Source: Camelus dromedarius
Taxonomy: Eukaryota
Direction: 5' to 3'
Length of the DNA stretch: 64,000 nt
Assembly: GCF_036321535.1 (NCBI RefSeq)
Contig: NC_087437.1
Location: 115,632,001-115,696,000, forward strand
Shown: piece by piece, positions 52,441 to 64,000 of the stretch
Layout of the letters: each line of letters opens with the position of its first letter
Position numbering within the stretch: position 1 is the stretch's first letter
Translations under genes and position numbers: made by a program
Notes under the pieces: model-generated
Databases searched by the model: none
What the model was told of the DNA's origin: nothing
Seen by the model: only the letters and a program-made list of their open reading frames with translations

Positions 52441-55097
52441 CACTATTTCTCTCTTTCCTGGCAGAAGGTGGCGGGCTGCTGCTGGCCCTCGTTCCTGCTT
52501 GCGTCTGGCAAGTCACGGATGTGACTTCTGAGGGAATTTACAGCAGAGCCTGCCCAGGATTCCCAGAAGCTCTGCTTGAATGAACAGCGAGTCCCCCTCC
52601 TCCACATCCTCCTCCAGCTCTCTGCAGCTCCACGCGTGGTGTAAACACCGACTCAGGAGACCCTCAGCAAATAAGGAACTCTGGAAGGGGAGAGAGAACA
52701 GCCCTTTCACAACTGTAGTGCAATATACCACGGCTTCCACTGCCAAGTGGTCCCCGTTCGGCACTAATTTATCAAATACAATGACCCTACGAGTTAGATG
52801 TCACCTTCATTTTACCCAGGAGGACTCTTGAGACTCAAGAGGTAAGGCTTAAAAGGTTGTGTGTGCAATTTCTCGTTCTTCACGGTAGCTGGCACACTGC
52901 CCACTGCACAGTAGACTGGTCATTGACAACTGACCACATGAACTGGGCTGTGAGGATCATTCTCCTGGCCAAGCCCACCAGCCACTGGGCTGTGTCCTGA
53001 CAGGAAAAGTGTCATCGCTCTGCTCCAATTGCACCTACTTGTTAGCAAGGAGTAGCACTGATTAGACCTTGTGAAATCTACTGTTGAGTTTTCTTCCCAT
53101 TCATCAACTTCTAAGGTATTACCTGTTTTGATTTTAAACAGTTGAAGTCCTTTGTGGTCCCCTCCACTTTCTAATCAATACCATGTTTCCTCAAAATGAA
53201 TAGGGGTCCTCAACCCCTGTGGGACCCCTGTTTTCACTGGCTTTTTTGGGGAAAACAATATAAACTTAACTTGAGAGCTTCTGGTCTCAATCTAAGGATA
53301 ACACGCTGGATACTTCATTCCATAGAACTCCAGATCCCCAGTGTGAGAGAAGAGCAGCAGGAGGCAGGAAACCCGACTGTGTTTCGCAGTGGGCTGTGGG
53401 AGGGTCCCTGACCTAGGAGACAGAGTCCAGGTGGCCTTTTTCAGGGGAAGAGGTGAAAAAATTGAGGGCTATATGGCCAGAAGGGAGCGTCATGGAAGAG
53501 GAGGAGAGAGAGACAGTTAGTTTAGAGCCTTTGCAATGTAAAGCACTGTGCTGTAGCTTCAGAAATTCCTACCCTTCTGGGGTTGATTTGTTTTATTTAT
53601 TTTTGCTTCAACCCTCATAGGAAGACTTTAAGGCCCTGCAGTTATATTCTGGCTACCTCAGTTTATCAGAATACAGTTGTTAAAAACCACAGTTAAATAG
53701 ATCGCAGAACACTGGAGTAGAGTTGAGTTTCTTCCCAAAGTGCAGTTCAGTTGAGTAAGCCCTGGAAGGAAACTGGGCAGCAATTCCGTCCTTCTCTAGA
53801 TGTGGTCCATACCCCACCTACATCAGAAGGTGAATCCCTGTGTTGAAGTAGGACCTCGTGAATCAGACTCCCTGGGGCAGAGTTTGGGAATCTGCAATTA
53901 ATTTGTTTCCAGAAGCTGCAGAAGCACCGTAAAATCAGAGAACCATTTCTGTAGGCCTCTGCATTTATTGTTTGGTTTAGGACATGGAAGGTGGAAGGAA
54001 GGCAGAGACCATGGTCAAGGTCAGGAGCTTCTGGCTGACTCCACTGCTTCTCAGTCTGCAAGGCCACTCCAGTCTTGCTCAAATGGCCTCACGTTTCCAC
54101 TGTAGTTTCTTCATAACAAATAGAAAGCAGAGTCATCTCCTGAAAGAAGGGAAAGATGAACTAATGACTGTGTTTCAAAATCTATGTCCAAGTGAAACCT
54201 CTAGCTACCGTTTCTGGTGTATTCCTTCATTGATTCATGCTTTCCCTCTTTCTCTTACTTGCCTCTCTCTTCCACACCCTTCTATCATTGCCTTCGCCTT
54301 TTTGTCTATTGCCTGGTTGACCAGAACTCTCCCTTTACCTGGGATTTCCTGGCACCTACACACAAGGTTCTGTGAGATGGTTTGCACCTGATTGCGGATA
54401 ATTGGCTGTATGAGGGGCAGAGTTTGTCCAAGTTTGTCTCTACTTGGGTAGAGAGGTTTTGTTTCTGTGGGTGGAGGGGAGCATGGGAGTAGGATATCCT
54501 CAACTATATGTAAATTTTATTGCTGCAAAATCTACCTGAAAGGGTCTAATTAGACATGCATGGCCAATTGGGCATGGGACTGCCTACAACATCCAGCGCT
54601 TGGCGTCAGAAGGGTTGATGTGGGCTCTTAGGGAGCTTTCAGCACAGTCACCATTCTGTTGGTGTCTCTTCCAAGGATCTTGCTCTGGAGCCCCTTTGAT
54701 ATACAAGAAAAAGGCTGTGGGATTTGGATGAAGCGCCAGAGAATGGGAAGGATGGCAAAGCTTGTGCTTAGGAGATACTCAGGACTCCCTTGGTTGAGCT
54801 GTTAAGACTGACAAATGGAGACCACCCCCAAGTCTACTTGGAATGTTGTAATTTCTGAGTTTGCTGAGAGAAGGCAGAAGGCATTCTTGGACTGTTTTCT
54901 TTGTTGAATATAAAACAAAACCCTAGTCTTTAATAATCTTTGATCTCTGTCATGGATCAGTCTGCAGGCAGATTTGGGGTGGAAAGCCCACAAGTTATGT
55001 AGATTGGTGCAGATGGTGCAGGCAAGCATGAGGAAGCTCCCTGGGTGGGGGAGGTTCTGCAATATCACTTCCCCTAATCGAGAATTAGACCGTAGAT

Positions 55098-55250
55098 CTT
55101 GCTACTCCAAGTCTGCTCCTCAGATAGCATCACCGGGAGCTTGTTGGAAATGCAGGATCCCAGGCCCTTCCCCAGACCTGCCGGATCAGAGCCTGCCCTG
55201 TAACAGGGTCCCAAGGGGTCCACATACACAAAAGGTTGGAGAATTGCTTC
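55098..55250. mobile_element. MER5A-like hAT MITE
   Basis: gctactccaagtctgctcc...agcatcaccgggagcttgttggaaatgcaggatcccaggccc. Confidence 0.8.
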
Positions 55251-55654
55251 TTTTGATAGTAGTGTAGGTGTACAAGCTGGACACAGGGGCCAGCGGGAGA
55301 AGGACATCAAATTACTTTTGATAACAATATCAAGACAAAGATCAGGAGGAAGAACATCTATTCTGTTCTACTTTGTGGAAGAGTTGCAAAGGGTTTCTTT
55401 CCATGAAAAACAAAACCGAACCAAACCTTCCTCGGTCCTCTACATTTCATCCTTAGCCTCCCAAGCCAACCTATGTCTCGTTGCCTTCCAATGTAGACCC
55501 TACCTGGTCCCATCTCTCTCCTCTCTTTCCCCGAGCCCACCATGCTCATACTTACCTAGCACCACATTTATGACCCATCTCTCCACAACTTCTTCAGTCT
55601 TCTCCGTTGGTACCTTCTGCTTATAATTTTCACATCATTTGAAAAATCCTTTTA

Positions 55655-56440
55655 ATTATTTTTTCTAATTTTCTTGAGAAATAATTGACATACATTCTTT
55701 ATAATTTTATGGTGTACAGCATAATGGTTTGATTTACATATATTTTGAAATGATAACCACAACAGGTTAACACCGTCATCTCCTATAGATACAATAAAAA
55801 GAAAAGAAAAAAATTCCTCTCTGTGATGGGAACACTTAGGATTTGCCCTCTTAACAACTTTCAAATATACCATATATCCATGTTAACTATAGTCATCACA
55901 TTGTTCATTACATCCCTAGTATTTATTTATCTTATAACTGGAAATTCGTACCTTTTGTTGACTTGAAAACCAAAAATGCACAAGGTGAGAGCTGTGAGTT
56001 TCAGTTTCAGGGGACTTACTGAGGACTATAGCCTGGGAGACATCCTCTCAGATAGCTCAGAGAGGTGGGAGGAGAAGTCAGTTTACGTGTGATTTTGGCA
56101 AAGGGGTACATGCAATCAAACATACATGTCAGTAGAAGGTTCCTGCTAGTCATGAGGAACATATCAGTTAATGATTTTAGTGCTTTTCTAAGTATGGGAA
56201 GAAGCAAGAAGCTGGGTTCATAAAAAGTTTCATCTGAAATATTTCTAACTAAGGGGCTGCTTTGCCTGTTTTCCCGGAGCACAGGATGCCTCATTCCTGA
56301 TCTTTGCCCTGAATTCCTTTCAGGGTGTCCTGCATGGCAGTGGCTCATGACTCAGTCCTTGTAGAACTGTACGGTGGGCAACATTCTTTGTTTTCCACTT
56401 TTGTCCACCTTCCTCCAGCTCCCCCTCTCCCACCCCCATT
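55655..56440 (-). mobile_element. L1 3' end split by an LTR insertion at 55956-56397
   Basis: gagaaataattgacatac...ggtgtacagcataatg...cttataactggaaattcgtaccttt, then the LTR, then tgtccaccttcctcc. Confidence 0.88.
55956..56397 (-). mobile_element. Solo ERV1-type LTR (MER41-like family), copy 2, with 4-bp TSD
   Basis: TG...CA termini, TSD CTTT at 55952-55955 and 56398-56401, and homology to 32705-33149. Confidence 0.88.
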
Positions 56441-56464
56441 TCTCACTCCATTTTAATTTACTTT

Positions 56465-56890
56465 AGTAGTTCCCCCTTATCTGCAGTTTCGCTTTCTGTG
56501 GGTTCAGTTAACCAAGGTCGACTGTGGCTCAAAAATATTAAGTGGAAAATTCCAGAAATAAACAATGCATAGGTTTTAAACTGTGCTCTGTTCTGAGTAG
56601 CATGATGAAGCTCGTGCTGCCTTGCTCCATCCCTCCCAGGGTGTGAATCATCATTTTACTGGGCATGTCCCACCTGTTAGTCACTTAGTGGCCCTCTCAG
56701 TAAATGGCCCCAGAGCACAGGAGTAGTGGTGACATTATTCTCTTACCGTGCCTAATTTATAAAGGAAACTTTACCATAGGCGTGTATGTTTAGGGAAAAA
56801 CATAGGTTATATGTAGGCGCTATCCTCAGTTTCAGGCATCCACGGAGGTCTTGGAATGCGTTCCCCAAGCATAACCTGAAGGGCCTACAT
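56465..56890. mobile_element. MER44/Tigger7-like DNA transposon
   Basis: agtagttcccccttatctgcagtttcgctttctgtgg...aaatattaagtggaaaattccagaaataaacaat...gtttcaggcatccacggaggtcttggaatgc. Confidence 0.85.
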
Positions 56891-58384
56891 TGCAGCTTAT
56901 CAGTATCCTGTTCTGAATTGTTATTTGGTAATTCCACATGTTGTATCTCTCTCCTAAGTGACATTAGGAGCTGCAATGACTGAATACTCATTTTGTCAAA
57001 ATCTCTGGGAATACAAAAACTTTGCCCATTCTCCTGAAGGTGACTGTTCATTCATTCAGTGGCAGTGATTCCTTATAGCTTGAGTCAGACCTCCTGCTGT
57101 AGATCACGCCTTTAGCATTTTAATTAAAATGTTCTTTAGGACTGAGGAGTCTGATCGTTTTCACTGTACAGCGGAGGGGCAGAGTTCAGATCATGTGCGC
57201 AAAGCCACCTGGTCACTATGGAACTTAAGGGCACAGGCAAACCACAGTGTTCAATGGTAGTCACTGTGATGACACGAAAGTTAAGTAGGAACACATGTAG
57301 TAATGTAAAGAGAATTAGGCTTTGAGTTTAAAAATCCAACGTAGGAGGGAAACCATCAAGCCATTTGCATCATAAAAATGTATTTCACGATAAAAATGGC
57401 ATTTTATTTTCCTTTTGAGTAAAGCTGATAACCAAATAAAACCAGAGTTCAAAAGTTCCAAACCTTTAACAGCTCTTCTGTGAGAGCTCTCTGGCCAATA
57501 TTTTCAGCCCTCAGGCTCTCCTTGGTTTAGTGCCAAAGAGCTAGAGATGGTAGCCTGCGTTGGAAGGAATCTATATGGGATCAAACTGATTATTGTTGAG
57601 AAGAAAACCCAAGGAAAATTTCATTTACAGTGAGAAACTTTGGCTTTGGCAACACCGTGACCTGGAGGAGTGGCTTCATAGTGGTTCCCACACATTTGGC
57701 GTTTGTAGTGATAAAAATCTAAGACTTAATTTGTGGAGAAGTACTAGGCAGAGTTGTGAAAAGCATTTCTAGAGCAAGGACATCGGAACCACAGGGTCCA
57801 CTAGGCCATGATTGGTGGGGTGACAGTTGGGACAGCATGGAGGTGTCCTGATCCTCTTCCCCAAGGTCAGGGTTTAGATGAATGCAGTAGAGCAGACCTG
57901 TACCTGCTGTGAAGGTGGGAGGCCCCCACCATGCTGGTGGGGTGCTGGATTCTGGGTCAGCCCTGAAAGCCCCCCGATCTTCAGACACGGAGGGATGCTC
58001 TGCTTTGCTGGGTTACACTGAAGTGATGGGATAGCAGTCGCTCACACGTGTGGGCAGTCAGCACACATGACACCAGCAGTAAGTGCACTGGTGTCTCCCA
58101 GGTGCCATGCTGGGGAGAGAGTGTTGCAGTCACTTTCCACAGATTAAACATAAGTGAATATTGACTTTGAGGGCCTGGCCAGCACCCTAAAGAAATCCAC
58201 AGAAGGTCATTCCTTTAATGTCATTATCCAGGGTGCACCCATATGTTTCTCAACATCCAAGAAGCAGACATCTAGAAAGGACTTACAGCTGAGTGTTTTC
58301 TCCCCCGTCCTGCCTTCACAGAAAATAATTCTATTCTACGGTTCCTCTCTTCTTAGAGTTTAGTATATTATTAACAACATGGAC

Positions 58385-58802
58385 GCCAGGGTGTAAATCC
58401 CAGCACCCACCCTCACCCAAGTCATTAAACCTCTCTATGCCTCAGTTTCCTCATCTGTAAAGTAGAAGTATAATGGTGCCTGCCTAATGAGATTGTCCTG
58501 AGGATCAATGAGTTAATCTTTTTTTAAATTGAAGTGTAATCAGTTTACAATGTTGTGTCAATTTCTGGTGTACAGCACAATGTTTCAGTCATACATATAC
58601 ATACATATATTCGTTTTCATATTCTTTTTCATTATAGGTACAAGATATTGAATATAGTTCCCTGTGCTATACGGAAGAAACCTGTTGTTTATTTTATGTA
58701 TACCAGTTAATATTTGCAAATCTTGAACTCCCAATTTATCCCTTCCCACCTCCTTTCCAATGAGTTAATCTTTGTAAGGAGCTCAGACTGTGCCAGATAC
58801 AT
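58385..58802 (+). mobile_element. MIR split by a young L1 insertion
   Basis: aagtcattaaacctctctatgcctcagtttcctcatctgtaaagt...gaggatcaatgagttaat, then the L1, then ...gtaaggagctcagactgtgccag. Confidence 0.85.
58522..58757 (-). mobile_element. Young 5'-truncated L1 3' end with 16-bp TSD
   Basis: Flanked by CAATGAGTTAATCTTT at 58506-58521 and 58758-58773. Confidence 0.92.
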
Positions 58803-59611
58803 CAGCTGCTGGTATCAGCGTTACTTAAACCTAGTGGCCTCACTTCCTTCATGTACTTGTCAGTAAACTCGTTTAGACATCCTTATGTTGGAAAACAATA
58901 CCACAGCTTCCTGTTCCAAAGCATCACTTCAAAGCCTTCCTGCAGGAAGGGTCTCCTGCTGTGGGTGTCCCGCTGAGCTGAAGACTGTGGTAGCTGACCT
59001 CGGATGCAGGTGGTGGGCAAGTGTGTCCTGGAGTGCGGGGTGGCTGGATCCCAGGGACAGCTCTGTTCTTGGCTCATGCTCACCTTGAAGCAAGTCTTGT
59101 CAGTTCCATGCGTCATGGAGTTAAATCCAGCTCGGCAGTGTGTCGACGAGATGTGGAGTTTGCTGACGGTTTTGTGAGGAGACGAGGAAGCACTGAAATG
59201 ACAAATCCTAAAGCAAAACAGCACAAAAACTGACTTCCGGGCCCACCCCATTCCTCTGCCGGAGCCGACGCCCCGCTGTTGCTCTCCTGTCTGCCTCTTT
59301 CCCGAGCAGATCCTCATCCTCTCGCCAAATCCCATCTCTCCAGCAGCCTCTCCACCCTGTTCCCTCCAGTTTGGGTTCCCGGCAAACCGCAGGTGCTCCC
59401 GGTGAGCCTCACTTCTGGAAGACTCGGTGATCACGAGTTACGGAATTGCCTTTCCTTCCGTCGGTCACGCGTGTCGCGAGTGAATGTTGTGTGTGGTCTG
59501 GGTGCGGCGTCTGAGCGTTTGAAGTCCTTGAGCCCAGCTCTGTCTGCTGCCTTACGTGCCTTCACTCCTTTTAGCAGTTTCAAGGCTTTCTGGAAAAGGA
59601 GCTTGTCTCCA

Positions 59612-59925
59612 CAATCCACCCTCCCTTACCCACAATCCTAGCATCCAGAGGCTCTGAAAACAGAAAGTGTTCTATAGCTTGGTGGCAAACTCATTTGGCA
59701 GCAAAACCTGGACCTGAGTTGGTGCTCTGTGTAGTCTTTATTCCACTTGTTGCGAATGTTTTTGTTTTGTACAGAGAGGCCAGCATGCTTGATCACCGGT
59801 ACCACGTGATGTCACTGGCACTGCCATGAAGTGTAACTTCTGCATGTCCTATTCTCTTTTTGATCCAGAGCATTCTGAATCACAAAACATCCCAAGAGTT
59901 TCAGATAAGGGACGTGGGACCTGTA
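59612..59925. mobile_element. MER46C-like TcMar-Tigger MITE
   Basis: cccttacccacaatcc...gctctgaaaacagaaag...ggcaaactcatttggcagcaaaacctg...tttcagataagggacgtgggacctg. Confidence 0.8.
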
Positions 59926-60982
59926 TACTTTATGTCTCTAGGCAAGCTGAATACGGACACTACACCAGCCTGAGACCAACACTGTGCCTGCTTCCACACG
60001 GATGCCCAGATGAATGGGGCTTGTTTGTCGGTAGGACTGCTCAGATGTACGTGGGCCTGAATAATTTTCTCATCAGTTAGGACAGAGCCCCCTGAATGTC
60101 CTTGGACGCCCACGTGCTGAACATTTTGTCTTTCTTACTGTGTTCTTAAATGTTTTTGCCTGAAGAATTTTTCTAAGGACTTTTTTCACCCAGAGGAATG
60201 GCTTCTCATTCTTTCTGTTGCAATTACTCTCAAAGCTTCTCTGACAGAGTTGCAAACACGCTGACAACCCCCAAATGGTCTGATACGGATCTTCACCAGG
60301 TGTGGAGGTGTTCTCCAGAGGAGGGCCCGCCCTCGCTGATCCGCGCTGGTTCTGGATTAGAAACCCAGGTGGGAGGATGTTTGACAAATCTGCCAGGAAC
60401 TGCAGAATGACTTTCCTGAGCTGGAAGAGCAATCTCACACACTTCACACATTTGCAGGTATTTTCAAACAGTCTTTGTAAGATGCAAACTTTACATGAAC
60501 AATATCTTGGTGTTCTCCAGTGTTTATTGAGAGAAGAGCTCAATTATGCTGAATTTTAAGTGTGCTCTATGACTTCCAGGCCCCCTTGCCCACTTCTCTC
60601 TGGTCCTCAAACTCCACTCCCCTGGGACCCCTGAATCGATGGCTGACTGTTGACCTTTAGGCTTTATTCTTTAAGATCCATTTCTCCCCCTGGGTCTCCG
60701 GCCGGAGTCTTTCTTTGCTAAACCAGGTCTGCTACTTCCTTCAAGATTCTGCTCAAGACCCTCTCTTCTGAGGAACCTTTCCTAAAAACCCAACTCCATA
60801 TACTGAGTTTTCATCATTAGCCTTCCCCGTGCCCTGGGTAAGATGAAATTCAACAAATGACTCTATGGCAATGGATGTTTGCGTTCACCTAACTTTTCTC
60901 TCCTCTTTAATTATCTGCTTAAATTCCCAGGAGTGAGTTTGCTGGATCAAAGCATACAGACATATTTATGGCTGATAGAATT

Positions 60983-61250
60983 GATTCATTCAAAAACTAT
61001 TTGTTGAGCATCTGCAGAGTGCCAGAACTGGGCCAGCAGCTGGCAGTGTGACAGGGAATGAAACAGCAAACTCTTAGCCTTCCTGGAACTTACCACCATG
61101 GAGGGATAGGTAGACATGTAGACTCTATAGATATTTGAGCAGAGACCTGGAAGAAGAAAGTGAGTGAGCCATGCTGTTAGATAAGGGAAGGACAACTCAG
61201 GCGGAGGAGCAGTAGGTGCAAATGTCCTGTGGCAGAAAACACCTTCCAGG
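60983..61250 (-). mobile_element. L2 3' end
   Basis: attcattcaaaaactatttgttgagcatctgc...gtgccag matches the reversed L2 tail. Confidence 0.75.
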
Positions 61251-61342
61251 GTGCCCATTATGTGCATGTTGGTACACTTGATGGTGCCCCACAGCTCCCT
61301 GAGACCCTGTCCATTTTTTAAAAAATTCTTTTTTTCTTTTCC

Positions 61343-61680
61343 TGTGGTGGACTGAAAGTTTCGTGTCCCCTTCCCCCTCCAAATTCATGTGTTGAAGCCG
61401 TAATCCCTAATGTGGTGAAATTTGGAGGTGATTAGGCTTGGATGAGGTCATGGAGGTGGAGCCCTATGATGGGATTGGTACCCTAATAAGGGATGAAGAG
61501 ACTAGAGCTCTCTCTCTCTCTGCCCTGTGTGGACCAGGAAGAGAGCCCACACCAAGAACTTGACCATTCTGGCACTCTGATCTTAGACTTTCAGCCTCCA
61601 GAACTGCTAGAGATGAATGTCTGTTCTTTGAGCCACCCTGTCTTTGGTATATGTTACAGCAGCTTGAGCTAACTAAGACA
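61343..61680 (+). mobile_element. MLT1A-like LTR inserted in an old antisense L1 (about 61250-62450)
   Basis: TGtggtggactgaa...aaattcatgtgttgaagcc...cagcctccagaact...gttacagcagcttgagctaactaagaCA. Near-TSD tttcc versus ttttc. Confidence 0.88.
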
Positions 61681-64000
61681 TTTTCTCTTCCTCAGCCTGC
61701 ATAATCTCAACTGACCTGTCTTCAAATCTACTGGGGAGCCCTGCCCATAAATTTTTCTTTGCAGTTACTGTACTTTGTTTATTTAAAGAAAATAATTCTT
61801 ATCTCTTTCTTGATATTATCTATTTGGTATGACCTCTTTTTCACGCTTGCCTTTGGTTCTCAGACATGGCTTCCTTTAGTTCTTTGAATCTATTTATAAC
61901 AGCTGATTTAAGGTCTTTATTTAGTAAGTGCTACATCTGGGCTTCCTCAGGGGCAGTTTCTGACTGCTCTTTTTCATGTGGGCCATATTTCCTGTGTCTT
62001 TATGGGTCTAATACCTTTTCTGTTGAAAACCGGACGTATTAAACCATATGCTGTGGAAACTCTTGAAATCACATCTCCCAGGCTCTGTTGGCAACAGCTG
62101 CTGTTTGTTTACGAACTTTCCTGAACCAAATTTATCACGTCTGTTTCCTTCGTCATGTGTGGCCACTGGGATTTTGAGGAAACTTGCCAACAGGACAATA
62201 ATGACCAAGTCTGGGAATGGGGCTTTTTTGGGTGGGAACACGCCCTGACTACCCCAGCTGGAAAGAGGAAGATGGGCCTAGGGCGAGTTAAAATGCTACA
62301 AAGCTCACATTTCTTACCAAGAGTCAGTCATTTTTCTTGAATAAATCTCCTCAAATTGTTGCCAGCCTTTGGTTAATTTCCAGAGTACTGAAAAAGTTGC
62401 TTTTGACAATTTTCTGTCATTTGTAGCCAGGCCTAACTTCAACATTTGATGGGAACTCACTTTTCTATCACATCCGGGTTTGCAAAGCTCTTTGCACAGC
62501 ATTCCCTGGATTCCATCTTTAATTCACCTCACCCACATGCTATCTGATGCTCCCCGGTGCTGGCCTCTCTGGGTAACTCTGGCCTTTATTCCAGGCCTTC
62601 ATCACATCTGGGCATTTTGCTTTCCATTTTCAGCTGAGCCTTGAGGACAGGAAGGGCCTGATTTCCGATGATAGAATCATCATGCTTTCCATGAATAAGT
62701 GATTGGAGATTTGACTAAACTTTGGATCTAGACTTCCAGGTCGGTTTTCCTGATACACCTTTTTGAAATTAAAGAACAGATATAATGAGCTAACCCTTTG
62801 TTGGGGGTATATGTGTGTGTGTGTGTGTGAAAATCCCTGAGAAGCCAGAAGGAGGAATAACTGGTTGAGCAGAGAAGGAAGGAGAGCCAACAAGAGGGTG
62901 TGTCCTCACCTGTCCCAGCTCCACCAGAAAGGCTGGTGGGTGGGTCCTGTGGACTGCCTCCAGGCAGGCTATGTGGATGTGTGGCTTCTCAGAACCATCC
63001 TTCCGGAGGGAGACAGGGAGAACTCATCTACTAGATTCTCCCGGTCTGTCTCCCAGTGCCAAATTTCCCTTCACAGAGCATCAGCTTCCCACACTTCTGG
63101 GTCTTGCCACCTGCCCAGGAAGCCCCAAGAGTAGGAACCTCTCCTGGGGTGCTATCACCCCATCTCTGGTCAGCCTGCCTTTTTTCTTTTAGGGAGCATG
63201 TGATTTTGGTTCTGTCTTTCCACAGAGCCCTTCTGCTTGGTGGTGGAACAACTATTACCTTTTGCTTCTAGGGGGGTGAAATGGTCCCCAGGATGCTTCC
63301 CACCCAGGGATGCTGTCACTCTCATTAACATGACTGACAACTCTTCCCTAAGGGGGAAAAGACAAATCATAGAAACAAAACCGTCAAACAAAAATGAGAT
63401 ATTGTTAACTTATTTAAAAAGACCTGAAGGGTATATCCTTGCATCCCCTAACCCCCACTGTCACAGGGAACGTGGCCGATGCCCAGGGAGACTGGCCACT
63501 CTGTGCAGGTAGAGCTAGGTTTTCTGAGGCTTGAAGCTTGTATTATTGGGGGAGTCATTTTAATAACAAATAACATTAAATAATGAATATGGAGTTAGAT
63601 ATGACCGTGAATATTTAGGAGAGAAAAATCACCATCACTTATAAATTTAATAACACCCACATTAAAAAGTCCAGAAAAGTAACATATTATTTTATTAATT
63701 AACTGCCAGAACATCCTCTTATCCCCTCTGTATTTTTTTAGCTGCATATTTTTGCTTTCCCCTTCATATGACAACAATTTTTAAATATATTTTAAAAGAG
63801 AGAATAGATTGGTAATTCAGTCTTTCCTCTGGCATAAGTGATCAATACTTATTTATTATTGACAGTTCGGCAAAGATTAACTAATCAACTAATTACTCAA
63901 TTAATTATAACCTAACAACACGTTATTGGTAATGTCATGTAAAGTTTTAGGGTTGTTCTTAAGATTGGGGCCATCTCTGCTGAATTTCTTCCGCATATGA

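Noticed and set aside
51472..52443. Overlapping 100-190 aa ORFs on both strands of the CpG island
   Set aside because: They are Arg/Pro/Ala/Gly-rich with no recognisable domain, as expected from stop-codon scarcity in GC-rich DNA.
32705..56397. Two same-family LTRs in direct orientation 23 kb apart as the ends of one provirus
   Set aside because: Copy 2 has its own 4-bp TSD on both sides, the copies are clearly diverged, and no gag/pol/env remnants lie between them. They are independent solo LTRs.
63505..64000. AT-rich terminal segment resembling an old hAT-type DNA transposon
   Set aside because: It is cut by the window edge and I cannot support a family call.

Overview
Mammalian genomic DNA, most likely a camelid (alpaca, llama or camel), judged from three copies of a tRNA-derived SINE that resembles the camelid Vic-1 family. 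Positions 1 to about 21.5 kb hold the 3' half of DYRK1A on the + strand: five coding exons (704-850, 2097-2237, 10902-11208, 11684-11808, 18094-18714). Spliced together they give 446 codons, from the YQY activation loop through the PEST, poly-His and Ser/Thr-rich tail, followed by a 3' UTR of roughly 2.7 kb with several miRNA seed matches. The remaining ~42 kb shows no recognisable host protein-coding exon. It is GC-richer and filled with old and lineage-specific transposon fossils: L1, L2, MIR, MLT1, solo ERV LTRs, Tigger, and a near full-length Cheshire-like hAT element. I found no convincing novel multi-gene system. The best leads are (1) an orphan CpG island at about 51.5-52.4 kb with a compact BANP/Sp1/ETS/E-box/CCAAT promoter cassette, (2) two candidate stop-containing cryptic exons in this dosage-sensitive kinase, and (3) several insertions with readable target-site duplications (TSDs). 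Repeat family names and comparisons to human come from memory and need RepeatMasker or alignment confirmation; most repeat boundaries are approximate.
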